38,453 nt of DNA, taken from contig SLLJ01000408.1 in assembly GCA_007134165.1 (NCBI GenBank), forward strand, positions 1-38,453, read 5' to 3'. The position numbers were made by a program, and so were the translations under genes. Positions within the stretch are counted from its first letter, which is position 1. Each line of letters starts with the position of its first letter. The stretch is from Nitriliruptoraceae bacterium (GTDB taxonomy: Bacteria; Actinomycetota; Nitriliruptoria; Nitriliruptorales; Nitriliruptoraceae). Of the stretch, positions 36,230 to 38,453 are shown piece after piece. A model generated the notes under the pieces. The model ran no database searches. It saw nothing but the letters and a program-made list of their open reading frames with translations, and had not been told where the DNA came from.

Positions 36230-37783
36230 TCAGCCGTCGTCTCCTGGCGACGGTGGCTCCCCCACGACCAGCATCCGGGGCCGTACCTCGGGGACGACCG
36301 GTTCGGCGGCGTGCTCGGTCAACCGTTCGAGCAGCCAGCGGCCCCGCTCGGTGCCGGTGTCGGCGATCACGACGTCGCCCCCGGGCCCGGCGACGTGCGC
36401 GACCACGATGATCAGCCCGAGGCGGCGCTGCAGCGGGTTGGCTCGGGTCGAGGCTGCCTGGACCTTGACCACCGGGGCCAGCGAGGTCACCACCGACAGC
36501 GCGCCGGTACGGGCCGCGACCACTCGGGCGGTGAGTCCGTGGCCGAGTTGCCGGTACTCGACCACGGCCAGCACCGCGAACAGCGGGACCAGCGCGCCGG
36601 CGAGCCACGGCACCACGTCGGGGACCCCGAACGGTGCGTAGCGCCACGCGATGATCGCGCTGGCGCCGATCAGCACCGCCTGGCGCAGCCAGCGGAACAT
36701 CGTGCGGCGCAGCGCGGCGGGTGGGTGGGCCGTCAGGGCGGGGATGCCCGCCACGCCCGGCAGCACCTCGGCGAGCAACTCGTCGATCGTGCGCTCGGGC
36801 AGCAGGGGGACGGTGACCCGCCGGTCGGCGTCGCCCGACCCGCCGGCCGAGTGCACCCGCACGGCGGCGAACCCCAGCAGCCGCCGCAGCCAGTTGCGGT
36901 GCACTTCGACCTTCTGGACCCGCCGCAGCGGGACCACCGAGCTGCGGCTGGACAGCAGCCCACGAGTCACGTTCAGATCGTCGCCGACCCGTTCGATGCG
37001 GAAGCCGGCGTCGCGCAGCACCCCGACCACCACCGCGGTGACAACCGCCGCCACCAGCGTCGCGACGATGCCGAGCAGGACCACCTGCCAGCCGATGCCC
37101 GGTAGGCCCGTCCGTCCGACGACCAGGCCCTCGATGAGATCCTCGGCCCGATCGGCGAACGGGGCCCAGAACGTCTCCCCGACGAACTGCAGGCCCACAC
37201 CGACGATGGCGGGGAACACGAGCAGCCGGGCGCCGGTCACCGAGGCCACCACGACGTGCCGCAGCGGGACCTCGAGCACCGGCTGGCGCTCGGGTGCCCC
37301 CACCTCGTGGTCGCTCTCGCCCTCACCTCCGACGGCCTGGGCCTTGCCCCGCCGCAGCTCGTCGCGCAGGGCCTCGGCGTCGGCCAGCGGGATGACCCGC
37401 AGTTCCACCTCGACCTCCGAGGAGCTGCCGGCGGTCTCGACCCGCAGCGCGGCCAGCCCGAACAGCCGGGCCACCGCTCCGCGGTCGATCTCGACCTGCT
37501 GCACCCGGGCCACGTCCAGCGCGCGGTGGCTGCGGCTGAGCACCCCCTCCTCGACGCGGAGCACTTCACCGTCGAAGCCGAACGTGAAGCGCTGCCAGGC
37601 CAGCGTCCGGCCGACCAGTGCCACGGCGCCGAAGACCGCGAGGATCACCAGGATCGCGCGGCCGCCTGCGGCGAACCCGGCGACCAGCGGGAAGATCAGG
37701 GCCTGGATCGTCTGCCGCAGGTCGATCCCGAGCAGGATCGAGGCCGGGTGCAGCCGGCGATCGACCGGACCGTCAGACGGCAT
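36230..37783 (-). CDS. YdbT-like membrane protein with three bacterial PH (bPH_2) domains
   Basis: Three repeats of a TM pair followed by a PH-like module (RLHPASILL..., RVQQVEIDRGAVARLFGLAALRVETAG and RVQKVEVHRNWLRRLLGFAAVRVHSAG patterns). Confidence 0.85.
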   Translation of the reverse strand: MPSDGPVDRRLHPASILLGIDLRQTIQALIFPLVAGFAAGGRAILVILAVFGAVALVGRTLAWQRFTFGFDGEVLRVEEGVLSRSHRALDVARVQQVEIDRGAVARLFGLAALRVETAGSSSEVEVELRVIPLADAEALRDELRRGKAQAVGGEGESDHEVGAPERQPVLEVPLRHVVVASVTGARLLVFPAIVGVGLQFVGETFWAPFADRAEDLIEGLVVGRTGLPGIGWQVVLLGIVATLVAAVVTAVVVGVLRDAGFRIERVGDDLNVTRGLLSSRSSVVPLRRVQKVEVHRNWLRRLLGFAAVRVHSAGGSGDADRRVTVPLLPERTIDELLAEVLPGVAGIPALTAHPPAALRRTMFRWLRQAVLIGASAIIAWRYAPFGVPDVVPWLAGALVPLFAVLAVVEYRQLGHGLTARVVAARTGALSVVTSLAPVVKVQAASTRANPLQRRLGLIIVVAHVAGPGGDVVIADTGTERGRWLLERLTEHAAEPVVPEVRPRMLVVGEPPSPGDDG

Positions 37784-38378
37784 CGCTGAGCTCCCCGGGA
37801 TGGGCGGCCACGGCCTGTGCGGCCCGCCACAGCAGCTCGGCCCGGATGGTGGGCGCGTCGGCGTTGGCGATGCCTGGCAGCCCGACCGTGCCGCTGGCCG
37901 AGGCGGTGGTCACCTGCAGCGTGGCCAGGCCCAGCAGTCGGTCGATCGGTCCCTGCACGACGTCGATCTGCTGGATCCTGAAGTAGGGCACGGCGGACCG
38001 CTGGCGCACGAGCACGCCGCGCTCGAGCAGCAGGGCGAGGTCGCTCAGCCACCAGCGCCAGCGACGGAACCGCGCGCCCGGGTACCACACCAGCAGGGTG
38101 ACGAGCAGCGCCATGCTCAGTGCCACGACCAACCAGCCCGCTCGTCCCAGCACCAGCACCGCGGTCACCGACGCCACGGCGAGCAGCGGTACCTGCCACA
38201 GGGCCCCGAACACCCGCCAGACCTGCACGATGCCCGGGTCCAGACCCCGCTCCCGGTCGTCGAGGCCGGGCGGTGCCGTGGGCGGCGTGGTTTCCGGCGC
38301 GCTCGGCGACGGGGGTGGGGCCGCACTGGGCGACTCAATCGTGCGTTTGCAGGATGGTACTGATGCGAGAAATCCCAT
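37773..38378 (-). CDS. YdbS-like bPH_2 domain membrane protein (start uncertain: 38378, 38441 or internal)
   Basis: Two helices followed by FRIQQIDVVQGPIDRLLGLATLQVTTAS. It overlaps the ydbT-like start by 11 nt. High GC3 continues upstream to about 38335, so the start lies in the low-GC edge region. Confidence 0.7.
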   Translation of the reverse strand: MGFLASVPSCKRTIESPSAAPPPSPSAPETTPPTAPPGLDDRERGLDPGIVQVWRVFGALWQVPLLAVASVTAVLVLGRAGWLVVALSMALLVTLLVWYPGARFRRWRWWLSDLALLLERGVLVRQRSAVPYFRIQQIDVVQGPIDRLLGLATLQVTTASASGTVGLPGIANADAPTIRAELLWRAAQAVAAHPGELSDAV

Positions 38379-38453
38379 TGGACAGCAGGCATGGGCCGAA
38401 GCGTTGGCCGAAATCGAGGAAGACGTTATCATCTCCAGCATCTTTGTAGTACA

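Noticed and set aside
36222-36233. Palindromes containing both stop codons of convergent pairs (CTGAGGCCTCAG here; CTAG at 28179-28182) as bidirectional terminators
   Set aside because: They are too short (6-bp arms or less), with no loop and no T-run. They are more likely coincidental consequences of TGA/TCA and TAG/CTA symmetry.
36651-38363. 570-aa plus-strand ORF
   Set aside because: It is antisense to the ydbT/ydbS-like genes and is Ser/Arg/Thr/Pro-rich low complexity.

Overview
This is a high-GC actinobacterial-type chromosomal origin neighbourhood. Hand counts of sampled 60-nt lines give about 70-77% GC. Nearly all of it is recognisable core genome. Minus strand, 1-13.3 kb: tRNA-Ile, a DUF3566-like membrane protein, a lipoprotein, gyrA, two small membrane ORFs, gyrB, a TlpA-like thioredoxin, a DsbB-like protein, DUF721/DciA, recF, dnaN, an oriC-like spacer and dnaA. 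Plus strand, 13.7-19.2 kb: rpmH-rnpA-yidD-yidC-jag-rsmG-parA-parB, with two parS sites. 19.2-25 kb: an aminotransferase-ddl-HAD-rpiA operon, a small ORF plus GNAT, and an MFS transporter. 25-34.6 kb (minus strand) is collinear with the mycobacterial mutT4-Rv3909-mviN-sigM-antiSigM-trxB-trxC-cwlM block. The difference is that no MurJ/MviN flippase gene is present. Its slot holds a 125-aa membrane ORF preceded by a 23-bp tandem dyad repeat, followed by a stand-alone Ser/Thr kinase with intact catalytic motifs. A B-box zinc-finger membrane protein also sits between trxB and the anti-sigma gene. 34.6-38.4 kb: dtd, an orphan PilT-like ATPase and a ydbT/ydbS-like PH-domain pair. I found no rRNA, CRISPR array, transposase, integrase or recognisable defence system. 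I cannot defend any wholly new system from sequence alone. The most unusual items are the MurJ-less kinase module with its repeats, the ORFs inside the gyrBA operon, the DsbB/TlpA pair in the origin core, a lower-GC yidC-parB block, and a low-GC stretch at the 3' window edge. Many long ORFs in the track are antisense or 5'-extension artefacts of the high GC. I trimmed starts using homology-like N-termini, Shine-Dalgarno motifs and frame checks.
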